A stretch of DNA of 64,000 bases, from the NCBI GenBank assembly GCA_045541915.1, contig JAZQJZ010000037.1, positions 52,735-116,734 of the forward strand. The letters are read 5' to 3'. This DNA comes from Eubacteriales bacterium (GTDB taxonomy: Bacteria > Bacillota > Clostridia > Oscillospirales > SIG627). Of the stretch, positions 1 to 9,011 are shown piece by piece (position 1 is the first letter of the stretch; every line of letters starts with the position of its first letter). The position numbers were made by a program, and so were the translations under genes. The notes under the pieces were generated by a model. It worked only from the letters and a program-made list of their open reading frames with translations. It was not told the DNA's origin and ran no database searches.

Positions 1-473
1 ACCACGCTTCCCATCCCAATAACCGCTCCGTCTCCAATGGTGACGCCGCCCTTGATGAGTACGTTATCTCCGATCCACACATCATTTCCGATTTCGCATT
101 CGTATCCGTTTTCTGTGGTTAAGTGTTCCTTGTAGTGGCTTTCTTTTGCATAGGAAAAAAAGTAAGTATCAGAATAAAATGCCGGATGGGATGAAACGCT
201 CCTTCCAATGGGGTGATCGGCTGAAACCACTCTCACGTTGGATCCAATGGAAGAAAAACGACCGATTTTACACCGGGAGAATTCGCTTCTGTTGCCAATA
301 TATGACCCATAACCAAGAGAAGAAGAAGAAAAATAGGTTCCTCTTCCCAAAGCGTTTTTTCCTTCAAACGAACACGTTCCAAGTATGGTGTTGGATGAGG
401 CGTTGATCTTGCACCGGGAACCAAATTTGATTTTGTAAAAAAGCGCAATGAGAAATTTTAAGATTCTTTTCAT
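1..473 (-). CDS. CatB/Vat-like hexapeptide-repeat O-acetyltransferase (3' end runs off the window)
   Basis: Not in the ORF track. Manual minus-strand translation from ATG at 473 gives MKRILKFLIALFYKIKFG...IGRFSSIG...HP...IGNDVWIGDNVLIKGGVTIGDGAVIGMGSVV, typical left-handed beta-helix motifs. Confidence 0.9.
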   Translation of the reverse strand, partial: MKRILKFLIALFYKIKFGSRCKINASSNTILGTCSFEGKNALGRGTYFSSSSLGYGSYIGNRSEFSRCKIGRFSSIGSNVRVVSADHPIGRSVSSHPAFYSDTYFFSYAKESHYKEHLTTENGYECEIGNDVWIGDNVLIKGGVTIGDGAVIGMGSV

Positions 474-483
474 AAGACAACCG

Positions 484-1677
484 TCATTTTTTGATTTTTT
501 CTGCAATGATATCTTTCAATCGACCGAAGAATTCTCTTGGTGCATAATCAAAGGTTGTGCGCCAGGAGGCATCATAATATTCGTATTTCATTCTGCGGTG
601 GTCAGCAAAATACTTTGGACGTTTGCCGTCCCAGGGGCGGATTACGTCCGAATCCAATTGATACATGTGAAGCTGATTTCCGGGGATGTTTTCCAATACG
701 TTTTGGCTGATGGGGCGCAAGGTCATGCCAAAGGATGCGATTTCTTTGTAAGGAAGCTCGGAGTTGGTGATGACATATTTTTTGCCGTTTGCAGAGGTTT
801 TCATATTGCTTAAATCCATGCAAATCTCGTTGCCGGGAATGCCGCAAACCGTATGTCTTTCATCCAGAACGCGCTCATAGAAGCTGTCGTAATGCACCAG
901 GTCTTCATAAGGCGCCATGCAGTATTGGCCGGGGCAGCCCTGCATCAGCGGAACCTGTACAAAGGTTAGAGGGATCGCAGTTTTGTTGTGCTCGCCAAAA
1001 TCCGAAAAGCAGGTGGTGCGGGCCTTATAGGGATAAATGTAACTCAACCCTTGATCTGCAATGAAACTTGCAAAATAGCGGCCCCAACTGCGTGTCCAAC
1101 CGGAAATGTCACGCGGGATCTTCGGGTTCAGTACAGGCAATTTATCTTCGTGTGCTAAATACCACTTTTTGAAGTTTTTCCATTGACGCTCATTCCAGCT
1201 CTGTCCCCAAGTAACAACCATATCACCGAGAAAAACGTCACTTAAGGAGGGAAGAGGGCAAAAACCAAAATGAGTAAATACGTTGGCTCCGTAAGAATAA
1301 AGGGCAACGCCGCACACTCTTTCGTCATCGCCATACGCCTCGTGTGCCTGGCAGGTATAAGAATAAAAATCCTCTGCCACCACCAGGTCGTCCTCAAGAA
1401 TGATTACCCCGCCGTATTTTTCGCTGTAATCCCCGCACTGGACGATGTGCTTTCGAAGTCCTTGGCGCTCCGGGAACCGGCGGATCTCAAGGGGGCCGTG
1501 CTTCCACTCAAATTCCCTTGCCACCTTTTCCACCTCATCGCTTCGGTTGGATTCATCGATGCTGACGATCAGCGGAACATCGTCTGTCTCAAATTTTGCT
1601 TTTCCAATGCTCTCCAGCAATCGTTTCATTCCGTCGGGTCTGTTGTAGCCAACTGCAACAATGGCGGGCTTGATCAT
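484..1677 (-). CDS. Glycosyltransferase, GT-A fold (GT2-like)
   Basis: N-terminal AIVAVGYNRP motif, IILEDD acidic motif, polysaccharide operon context. Confidence 0.8.
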   Translation of the reverse strand: MIKPAIVAVGYNRPDGMKRLLESIGKAKFETDDVPLIVSIDESNRSDEVEKVAREFEWKHGPLEIRRFPERQGLRKHIVQCGDYSEKYGGVIILEDDLVVAEDFYSYTCQAHEAYGDDERVCGVALYSYGANVFTHFGFCPLPSLSDVFLGDMVVTWGQSWNERQWKNFKKWYLAHEDKLPVLNPKIPRDISGWTRSWGRYFASFIADQGLSYIYPYKARTTCFSDFGEHNKTAIPLTFVQVPLMQGCPGQYCMAPYEDLVHYDSFYERVLDERHTVCGIPGNEICMDLSNMKTSANGKKYVITNSELPYKEIASFGMTLRPISQNVLENIPGNQLHMYQLDSDVIRPWDGKRPKYFADHRRMKYEYYDASWRTTFDYAPREFFGRLKDIIAEKIKK

Positions 1678-1701
1678 AGCATTGTCCTCCTGTATTCGAA
1701 A

Positions 1702-2943
1702 TTAAATTTTTTGTCTCTGCTGCCGGATGCGTCTTAATTCCTTGGTGCACAAAGCGATCAGGAAAAAGGTGCTGAATGTCAGATACGAACCGCCGAAAAA
1801 GCCGCGCACAAAGACAAAACATATAAAAATCAGGATCAGATCCTTGGCATCACGGTTCTGATTTTGAAAATAGGATCTGGCAACCAAAAGAATTGCCCAG
1901 ATCAAAAGCGCGCTCCCCAGCACGACACCGAAATGGATCAGAATCTCAAGGTACATATTGTGAATGTTCCATTGGATCCATGGCCACTCGCCATAGACGC
2001 CATATCCCAAAATGGGCCGTTCGGAAATTTTTTGCAGCGCCAGGTCATAGAGATCGTCGCGACCGGTGGTGTTGCTGATCAAGGTTCCTTCAATCATCGA
2101 ATCGATGATTCTGGCAGAAACTCCCATTTGATTGAGCCATCGACTGATGGATTCTAAAAAGGAGGTGTAGAGCTTTTGATTTGACAAGAGACCGCCGAAG
2201 ATGGCGACTCCCAGAACCAAAAGACCTCTTTTTCCGGAGGAGACAGTGCCGGCTTGCAAAAGCTTGATGACAACAAAAATAAGAAGGATCAAAAACGGGC
2301 CGCGGGTGCCCAGAGAAAGCAGATAAATTAGGCCGCCAACAGAAATGAGCCAAGGAATGATTTTTTTGCTGTTAAAGGCATAGTTGAAAACCAGCAGTAT
2401 ATTGGGAAGAAGCTGGTATGCCCGGTTCATATCATCCGATACGATCAAGCCGTTGGGAATCATATAAAGAAAGAGAAATGCCACCTCTGCCAAAACAGAA
2501 AGACAAGAAACCTTTCCCAAAAGCTCCATCATGGCCTTGTCCGGAATGACCACCAGTCCGACAATAAACCATCTTAAACAAGGAAAAATGGTGTTCCAAA
2601 ACTGGCTTGGCTTGGTGATAAATTTTGCATTTTCGGGATAAATGGCACAGGTGACAAGAATTGCCGATATCACGAAAGCCGGAACGATCAGCTCTGCAAG
2701 TCCGACCCTTGTTTTTCTTGTCATACAAAAAAGGATCAGCGTCACATACAAGGTGGGCAAGATCAGATCGCTCAAAAAACCAATGCCGGGGAGCATGGAA
2801 AAAACCAGTATGGCATATCGAACAATGTTTTTTTCGCAGAAGGCCAGAAGCACCAAGAGCACCTGTGGCCAGGTGTTGGAGAAGGTGGATTCCGGCTTAT
2901 TTTGCCGGTTCATCCATTTCTCTCTTGCATCACTTGTTGTCAT
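1702..2943 (-). CDS. Wzy polymerase / O-antigen ligase family membrane protein
   Basis: Many hydrophobic segments, TRG motif, GR...PILGYG...HNMYLEIL Wzy_C-like loop. Confidence 0.85.
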   Translation of the reverse strand: MTTSDAREKWMNRQNKPESTFSNTWPQVLLVLLAFCEKNIVRYAILVFSMLPGIGFLSDLILPTLYVTLILFCMTRKTRVGLAELIVPAFVISAILVTCAIYPENAKFITKPSQFWNTIFPCLRWFIVGLVVIPDKAMMELLGKVSCLSVLAEVAFLFLYMIPNGLIVSDDMNRAYQLLPNILLVFNYAFNSKKIIPWLISVGGLIYLLSLGTRGPFLILLIFVVIKLLQAGTVSSGKRGLLVLGVAIFGGLLSNQKLYTSFLESISRWLNQMGVSARIIDSMIEGTLISNTTGRDDLYDLALQKISERPILGYGVYGEWPWIQWNIHNMYLEILIHFGVVLGSALLIWAILLVARSYFQNQNRDAKDLILIFICFVFVRGFFGGSYLTFSTFFLIALCTKELRRIRQQRQKI

Positions 2944-2949
2944 GAAGGC

Positions 2950-4173
2950 TCAATTCCTTTCTGCATTGTCGAATGAATGGAAAAAAGCATCCAATGCATC
3001 CGCGTATTTTGTAAGATCGAAAAGCTTTTCGTTGAATAAATTCTGTCTCAATTGAAGTCTTTCTTCCGGTGTTATGGCGCAAAGTCCTTTGACTGTTTCC
3101 AGGTCTTTTTTCAAATTGCCGGAAAGCATAAAGCTGTCCCGGCCGTCCTTTAAGTAAAGGAAGGTGTCGCTGATGTTGTTGATGATAACGGGAGTGCCCA
3201 TGGAAACGCTTTCCACGATCTTGGTGGAAAAGCCTGCCTTTGTCATCAGGTTTTCATCTCGGTAATTAATGGAAAAATCCGCTTGTTTCACCATTTGAAG
3301 AGTCTCTTTGTGAGACCGTCTTCCCAAAAAGTGAATGTTCTTTTCTTCTTTGAGTGCCGCGGCCTGGCGGGGAACCCCGGCGATATAGTCTTCTTTTATA
3401 ATACCGACGATATCAAAATGATACGGGATGTTCTCTGAGGAAAGATGTAGAAATAGGTCGATTACCCGATCCAATCGATCCTTCATCCCCTCAGGTGCCG
3501 CTTCTCGGCCGGTAAGCTTAAAGGGGGTTCCGGCGTAAATGAATGTGGGCAAGGGGTTGGGCACAAAATTCGGAGAGACGGAATCGGTGTGGAACAAGGG
3601 TGGGATCACCACAGATTTCCGACCCGGCTTCTGATAATAGTCCCGGATGAATTGGCTGACCGCGATCACTCCATCGGCATACTTTTGATGGATCTTGTGC
3701 ATATAGTTCCAATTTGCCCTCATCACCACTTTTCTCAATGGGGATTGAAGGTCGAAAATCGGTAGATCGGCGCAATTCACAATGTAATAAGCGCCGTTTT
3801 TTTTGCACCACTTTGCGATCTTTTCAATGGCGATGGCGTAAGTGGGAGACTGATAGGTGATCACATATAAAACCGAGGCTTGTTTTCGGATTTCATCCAG
3901 TCTTTCCAGAATTTTTTTGCAAACTTTGGGTGTTTGGATCAAGCCGGAAATGCTCAAGGTGTCCGGCAGCTCCAGATACCGTCCCTCTTCTTCCAAAGAA
4001 TAAGGGGGAAGGGAATTGATCTCGCGGAATGTTTTGCAGTTGCGATTCATTCCGATGTATTCCACCCGGTATCCCAGAGAGGTGAAAATCTTTCCGTTGT
4101 TTTTTACCAGGTGTGCCTGAACGTTTTCGTTTCGAAAATCAAAATCTCCGATGTAAACGATGCATTGATTCAT
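2950..4173 (-). CDS. Glycosyltransferase, GT-B fold (GT4-like)
   Basis: VIAVS, IYAG and GFSTKIVESVSMGTPVI motifs. Confidence 0.85.
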   Translation of the reverse strand: MNQCIVYIGDFDFRNENVQAHLVKNNGKIFTSLGYRVEYIGMNRNCKTFREINSLPPYSLEEEGRYLELPDTLSISGLIQTPKVCKKILERLDEIRKQASVLYVITYQSPTYAIAIEKIAKWCKKNGAYYIVNCADLPIFDLQSPLRKVVMRANWNYMHKIHQKYADGVIAVSQFIRDYYQKPGRKSVVIPPLFHTDSVSPNFVPNPLPTFIYAGTPFKLTGREAAPEGMKDRLDRVIDLFLHLSSENIPYHFDIVGIIKEDYIAGVPRQAAALKEEKNIHFLGRRSHKETLQMVKQADFSINYRDENLMTKAGFSTKIVESVSMGTPVIINNISDTFLYLKDGRDSFMLSGNLKKDLETVKGLCAITPEERLQLRQNLFNEKLFDLTKYADALDAFFHSFDNAERN

Positions 4174-4196
4174 ATGATCTCTCCAGAAGATAAGGC

Positions 4197-5009
4197 TTAC
4201 CTTAAATTGTCATATACCCAGTTCAGCAGTTTTTTTGGCATTAAGTAAATGGCGATTTGAACCCATTTCACCACAATATAATCCCACCGGGAACAATACT
4301 TGTTTCGGAGAAACTGCTTCCAGACCTGGATCATCAATTTGGAATTTTTCCATTCCTTGCGTCTTTCCAGCGTATTACCGTCAAAACGGAAATCCACCAG
4401 AATCTGATCGATGTTTTCACAGCGGTATCCGCGATTTAACAGGCGGATCCAGAATTCCACGTCTTGGTTGGTGCGCATTTCACTGTAGTTTCCCGCTTCC
4501 AGAATGGCAGATTTTCGAAACATGACCGTGGAATGGTTGAAGGGATTTCTGCGTCTGGCGTATTCCTTGATTCGGTCAAATCCAATGGGAACCCGTTTGA
4601 CGCGGATGGGCTTTTCCGGATCGGTATCAAATTCATTCATGTGCGCGCCCACCAGGACACAGTCGGGATGCTCCATCAGGTAACGGACTTCGCACTGGCA
4701 CCGCTCGGGCTTTGAGATGTCGTCGTTGTCCATTCGGGCGATCAGTTCATTTTTGCAAAGGAGAACGCCGCTTTTCAGCGCCTTTCCCAAACCCACATTT
4801 TCCGGCAATCTCACAATGTTGAAAAGCCCGGGGTGATTTTCCTGGTAAGTGGACAGCATCCCGTCCAACTCTTCCGTTAGGGGGCCGTCGCAAACCAAAA
4901 CAAAATCATCCGTTTTGTGCGTTTGTGATAGCATACTGTCGATTCCCAATTTGGCAAAAGCCGGATCGTCCTTCCGGTACATCGTCATCAATACGCTGTA
5001 ATGATCCAT
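4197..5009 (-). CDS. Glycosyltransferase family 2 (AmsE-like)
   Basis: Likely start MDHYSVLMTMY at 5009 after an AGGAG RBS; VLVCDG, ARMDNDD, NPFNHSTVMFRK and QDVEFW motifs. Confidence 0.9.
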   Translation of the reverse strand: MDHYSVLMTMYRKDDPAFAKLGIDSMLSQTHKTDDFVLVCDGPLTEELDGMLSTYQENHPGLFNIVRLPENVGLGKALKSGVLLCKNELIARMDNDDISKPERCQCEVRYLMEHPDCVLVGAHMNEFDTDPEKPIRVKRVPIGFDRIKEYARRRNPFNHSTVMFRKSAILEAGNYSEMRTNQDVEFWIRLLNRGYRCENIDQILVDFRFDGNTLERRKEWKNSKLMIQVWKQFLRNKYCSRWDYIVVKWVQIAIYLMPKKLLNWVYDNLR

Positions 5010-5017
5010 ATTTCTCC

Positions 5018-5944
5018 TCAATAGATTGGCGTGAGCCAGTTTTTCAAGTCTTTGCTTTTTCCTTTTGCTGCATCCAGATAATCCTTGTGCAGATCGGCGG
5101 TGAGGGCTCCGGTTTCGCCGTCTCCGACGGTGTAACGGTCGATGGAAAGCACGGGAGTGATCTCCATTGCCGAACCGCAAAGGAAGGCTTCGTCGCAGGT
5201 ATAAAGCTCGGTTCGGTCGATGGTTCTTTCCTCCACCGGGATCCCTTTGATCTTGGCCAATTGGATGATGGTATCGCGGGTAATGCTTTCCAGAACACTA
5301 TCGGTCAGCCTTGGGGTGATCAGAGTACCGTTTACCACCATAAAAAAGCAAGAGCCTGGCCCCTCCGATACCTTTCCGGCTTCGTTGAGGAAAAGGCAGG
5401 TATCATAACCGTGGCGCAGAGCCTCTCTTTGGCCCACGCGGCTGTTGATGTAATTGGCACCGCATTTGATTCTGGGAGAAAGAGCTGTGTCAGAAATTCT
5501 TCTCCAGGAGGTAACGCAGCAATGCAGTCCTTTTTTGTTGTACTCGGCGCTGGTTCTTCCTCGGGGAATGGGGGCCACGAACATATCCACGGGATCCTCT
5601 GATCCCCAGGAGCCAAAGCCATCCACAAACAGGGTCTGGCGCACCGAAAGATTTTCATCGTATTCGTTTGCCCGCACCACGTCCACCAGTGCTTTTTTCA
5701 GATCTTCCTTGGTGTAAGGACAGTTGATCTGGATCAGTCTGGCAGAGCGCAGGAGCCGGTTGTAATGATCGTCCAGGCGAAATGCATAAAGCTGATTTTC
5801 CTCCTGGTTCCAATAGCAAGGGATGCCTTCAAATACGTTCAGACCGAACTGGGCGGTGGGAGCGAGAACGTTGATCTTGGCATCGCCTACGTTTAAAATC
5901 TCTCCTTTGTACCAAATCAGGCGGTTTGCAACATCCGTTTTCAT
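5018..5944 (-). CDS. PLP-dependent class IV aminotransferase (IlvE / D-amino acid aminotransferase fold)
   Basis: FGLNVFEGI, catalytic Lys in PRIKCGANY, EGPGSCFF, LESITR. Confidence 0.9.
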   Translation of the reverse strand: MKTDVANRLIWYKGEILNVGDAKINVLAPTAQFGLNVFEGIPCYWNQEENQLYAFRLDDHYNRLLRSARLIQINCPYTKEDLKKALVDVVRANEYDENLSVRQTLFVDGFGSWGSEDPVDMFVAPIPRGRTSAEYNKKGLHCCVTSWRRISDTALSPRIKCGANYINSRVGQREALRHGYDTCLFLNEAGKVSEGPGSCFFMVVNGTLITPRLTDSVLESITRDTIIQLAKIKGIPVEERTIDRTELYTCDEAFLCGSAMEITPVLSIDRYTVGDGETGALTADLHKDYLDAAKGKSKDLKNWLTPIY

Positions 5945-6675
5945 AAGCACACCTCTCCATTGCTTTTGTTTTCTTGATCGCTCTCCTCCTGGTCGGGCAG
6001 ATGGGCAATGCGGATGATCTCCGCCTCGGCCAATTCTGCCGCTGCTGCATCAGAAAGAGAATCGTCTTCTTTTGCTTCGTAAATATCTTGCTTTTTAAAC
6101 ACCTTCAGGACGGTGCCGGCTAAAATTTTTACATCCAGCCAAACACCCTCTTTTTGGAATTGGTCAATGTAAAGATTGTCAAGGGTTACCTTTTCATCCC
6201 AGGAGTTCTCGTTTCTTCCCTTGACCTGGGCAAGTCCTGTAATACCGCCACGAACCTGAAAGCGCTTTTTGTATTTTTTGTTGAGGGAATCAAAATCGCC
6301 CAGCTCATAGGAAACGCAGGGTCTTGGCCCTACCAGGGAAAGATCGCCCTTTGCCACATTCCAAAGCTGAGGAAGCTCATCCAGGCTTGTGTTTCGCAAA
6401 ATGCGTCCCACCCGGGTCACTCTGGGATCGTTTTCATAGTTGAAAAGACCGGCGCCCATTTTTTCTGCGTTTACCACCATAGAACGGAACTTATACATTT
6501 TGAAAATGCGTCCGTTTTTGGTGCGCCTCTCTTGGGCAAAGAGAACCGGGCCTTTGCTGTCACACTTGATGGCAATGGCAATGATGATCCACACGGGAAT
6601 CAGAACGATCAGCGCCATCATACTCAGGATCAGATCAAAGGCGCGTTTGATGAATTTGTTGATCGGGTACCACAT
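5941..6675 (-). CDS. Priming phosphoglycosyltransferase (bacterial sugar transferase)
   Basis: KRAFD, MYKFRSM, DPRVTRVGRILRNTSLDELPQL, SLVGPRP, GITGLAQV motifs. Alternative TTG start at 6687. Confidence 0.95.
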   Translation of the reverse strand: MWYPINKFIKRAFDLILSMMALIVLIPVWIIIAIAIKCDSKGPVLFAQERRTKNGRIFKMYKFRSMVVNAEKMGAGLFNYENDPRVTRVGRILRNTSLDELPQLWNVAKGDLSLVGPRPCVSYELGDFDSLNKKYKKRFQVRGGITGLAQVKGRNENSWDEKVTLDNLYIDQFQKEGVWLDVKILAGTVLKVFKKQDIYEAKEDDSLSDAAAAELAEAEIIRIAHLPDQEESDQENKSNGEVCL

Positions 6676-6683
6676 AAAGCCTC

Positions 6684-7895
6684 TCAAAATACAAAGGTGT
6701 GAAACAGATCGTCAAAGGTTTCTCCGCGTTTGATGATCTCTATTTCACCCTCCGAAATGTCGATAATAGGGAAGTTTGGGAGAATAAAGGGCGGTTTTAA
6801 TACCACCGAGTATGAACCGACGTTGCCAAATACCACCACATCTCCCTTTGCCAGCTTTCCGTTAAAGTGGCGGTAGAGATAGTCCGATTCAATGCAAGTA
6901 AATCCACCGAAATCCAGATCCTGGTATTCGGTTTGCTCGCCGCCTGTGGCATAAACCTCGATGGGAGGATTTTTGGTGTTTAAGGTCGGATTGATATTGT
7001 AAATACTGCCAAGCAGGGTGGCAATGTTCTTGCCGCGCACATTTTTAATGTTAACGACCTTGGAGGCAAAGCGCATACAGTCACCCACCAGAGCGCTGCC
7101 CGGCTCTACCAGAAGCAAAGGCTTTTTGGGGGCATCTTTAAAATGCTCGGCAAAAAGGGGTGCCACTGCCTGGGCATATTGCTTGTAGGTGGGAATTTCG
7201 GAATCAAATTGAGCCTTCAGAGAATCGGCCATTTTTCCAAACAGGCCGCCGCCCAGGTCGATGTGATCCGGCACCAAGCCAAGCCGATCGATCAGCGCCA
7301 GCATTCCCTTGGCGCGGGGAGCCCAAGTGTCCAATCGCCGGGTGGCAAAGTGGCATTGCAGACCCATCAGATAAAGGTTTGGATGCTTCCGGAACAAGGC
7401 CAAGGCCCGGTTGAAGTCTTCTGAGGCGGTGTCGAATCCAAATCGGGAGACCACCCCGTCGTTGACATCAAAATTGCAACGGATCCCAAGGTTTAATCGG
7501 TGCTCCGGATGCCGCCTTGCAATTTCGGAGACAAGATCGATTTCATAAGCGGAGTCAAGATTGACTGTGCCGCCCATTACAAGAAGCTCTTCCACTTTTT
7601 TTGCATTTTTGAAGGGGCCGTTCCAGATGATCTTCTCCGGTTGAACTCCGATGCGCAGTGCAATTTCCATTTCCATATCGGAAACCACTTCTGCAAAGCC
7701 GCCCAGTTCATTCACGATTTTGCAAAGTTTGGGGGTATAGTTGGTTTTATAGGAATAGGCAATGTTGAAGTTGGGATAAAAGGCTTGAAATTCTTGTTTT
7801 AATTCCAAAAAATTTTGCCTGAACTGTTTGCTTTCCAACAGATAAAAGGCATCTCCGACCTGTTCGGTTAGCTCTTTCATGGGAAGATGATTCAT
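6684..7895 (-). CDS. LysA-like PLP-dependent (fold type III) decarboxylase, paralog of the housekeeping lysA
   Basis: YSYKTN (PLP Lys), SRFG, DLGGG, EPGSALV, CIESD and GSY motifs. Confidence 0.88.
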   Translation of the reverse strand: MNHLPMKELTEQVGDAFYLLESKQFRQNFLELKQEFQAFYPNFNIAYSYKTNYTPKLCKIVNELGGFAEVVSDMEMEIALRIGVQPEKIIWNGPFKNAKKVEELLVMGGTVNLDSAYEIDLVSEIARRHPEHRLNLGIRCNFDVNDGVVSRFGFDTASEDFNRALALFRKHPNLYLMGLQCHFATRRLDTWAPRAKGMLALIDRLGLVPDHIDLGGGLFGKMADSLKAQFDSEIPTYKQYAQAVAPLFAEHFKDAPKKPLLLVEPGSALVGDCMRFASKVVNIKNVRGKNIATLLGSIYNINPTLNTKNPPIEVYATGGEQTEYQDLDFGGFTCIESDYLYRHFNGKLAKGDVVVFGNVGSYSVVLKPPFILPNFPIIDISEGEIEIIKRGETFDDLFHTFVF

Positions 7896-8737
7896 TTTGC
7901 CGTTTTCTCCTTGATGATCGTAACGATTTTTTCCACGCAGTCCTTGACTGCTTTTTTGTTTTCCAGATAATCCGTTTCTGTTTTGGTAGAAAGAGAAGCC
8001 TCAAAAGCTCTCAAAGAAGCCAAATTTTCGGAGAAAATCTCTTCGATGGAAACAAGGTCTCCGATTTCCTCTGCATTGCAAAAGCTTCTGGAAAGGATGG
8101 CTCTTGTGGAGCCAAGACGGTAATGCTCCATCACGATTCGTTCCGCAGGGAGCGTTCCCTCTCCGATCCTTGCAATGCCGCCAAAGCCATAGGGAATATT
8201 CTTTTTCCGAATGGTTTGACAAAGTGTTTCTACGGTGCCGTTTGAGAGAAGCTGGAACATAAAGGTCAAGCCGTAGCTTAAGTGCAGATCGTTCAGTCCG
8301 ATGTGAATGTCATCCGGCAGCGCCTTTTCCAGAACCCGGTCAAGAATGTTCACCGCTTCTTTGGTTTCCAAAAGCAGCGTTGTGGCAACTCTTCCGCCCA
8401 CCGCATCCAAGAAGGAGGTGACCTCGGATTCTGTTTTCCACATGGGAAGCATAATGCGGTCTGCGCCGGCGGAGATTACCTGTTCGATCTCTTCCACAGA
8501 ATCCTTGTTCCAAGGGTTGATCCGGACCAAAAGCTCTGAATGGGTCAGCACCTTGGAGAGGGTGGCCACATCCGCCACCGAATGATGGGATTTGACCGTG
8601 TTCATATTCTTTTGCCGTTCTTCCTTGCCCAGTGTTTCCAAATCCACCATAATGCGGTGAACGCCGTGTTTTTCCGCGATCATCGCAACCTGGGGCTGAT
8701 TGGTGATATAGATTAAGTTGAGCGACATATTGTTCAT
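7892..8737 (-). CDS. HpcH/HpaI aldolase-citrate lyase family protein
   Basis: VDLE, VRINP, IMLPM, LLETKEAV and HIGLNDL motifs. First gene of the operon. Confidence 0.85.
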   Translation of the reverse strand: MNNMSLNLIYITNQPQVAMIAEKHGVHRIMVDLETLGKEERQKNMNTVKSHHSVADVATLSKVLTHSELLVRINPWNKDSVEEIEQVISAGADRIMLPMWKTESEVTSFLDAVGGRVATTLLLETKEAVNILDRVLEKALPDDIHIGLNDLHLSYGLTFMFQLLSNGTVETLCQTIRKKNIPYGFGGIARIGEGTLPAERIVMEHYRLGSTRAILSRSFCNAEEIGDLVSIEEIFSENLASLRAFEASLSTKTETDYLENKKAVKDCVEKIVTIIKEKTAK

Positions 8738-8801
8738 CCTTTTTCATTTTTTCGTAAAAATGTCACGAAAGAGAGGCCTATAACAATCCCATTATTTATT
8801 T

Positions 8802-8830
8802 ATTATACTAAAATATATACCGAAGGTCAA
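8802..8830 (-). promoter_or_regulatory. Sigma-A promoter of the polysaccharide operon
   Basis: Minus strand reads TTGACC-N17-TATAAT. Confidence 0.75.
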
Positions 8831-8947
8831 GTCATTTGCCGTTTTTCGTATCCGCTCTTTCCTTTGTTCCTTTTGCCGAGGCGAAAGAGTTTAGGGAAAA
8901 AGGAAAAAACTCCGGGAAAAAGCGCACGAAAAAAAGAGGAGTGGGTA

Positions 8948-8976
8948 TTGAAAAGCAAGAGGGATTGTGCTACAAT
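8948..8976 (+). promoter_or_regulatory. Sigma-A promoter of trkAH
   Basis: TTGAAA-N17-TACAAT with an extended TG. Confidence 0.65.
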
Positions 8977-9011
8977 CCAAGGAGAAAAAAGAAAAAACAG
9001 AGGAAAAAGAA

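Noticed and set aside
6684-7895. Calling this gene lysA
   Set aside because: A canonical lysA sits in the riboswitch-controlled operon at 27204; this copy is divergent and lies in a polysaccharide operon.
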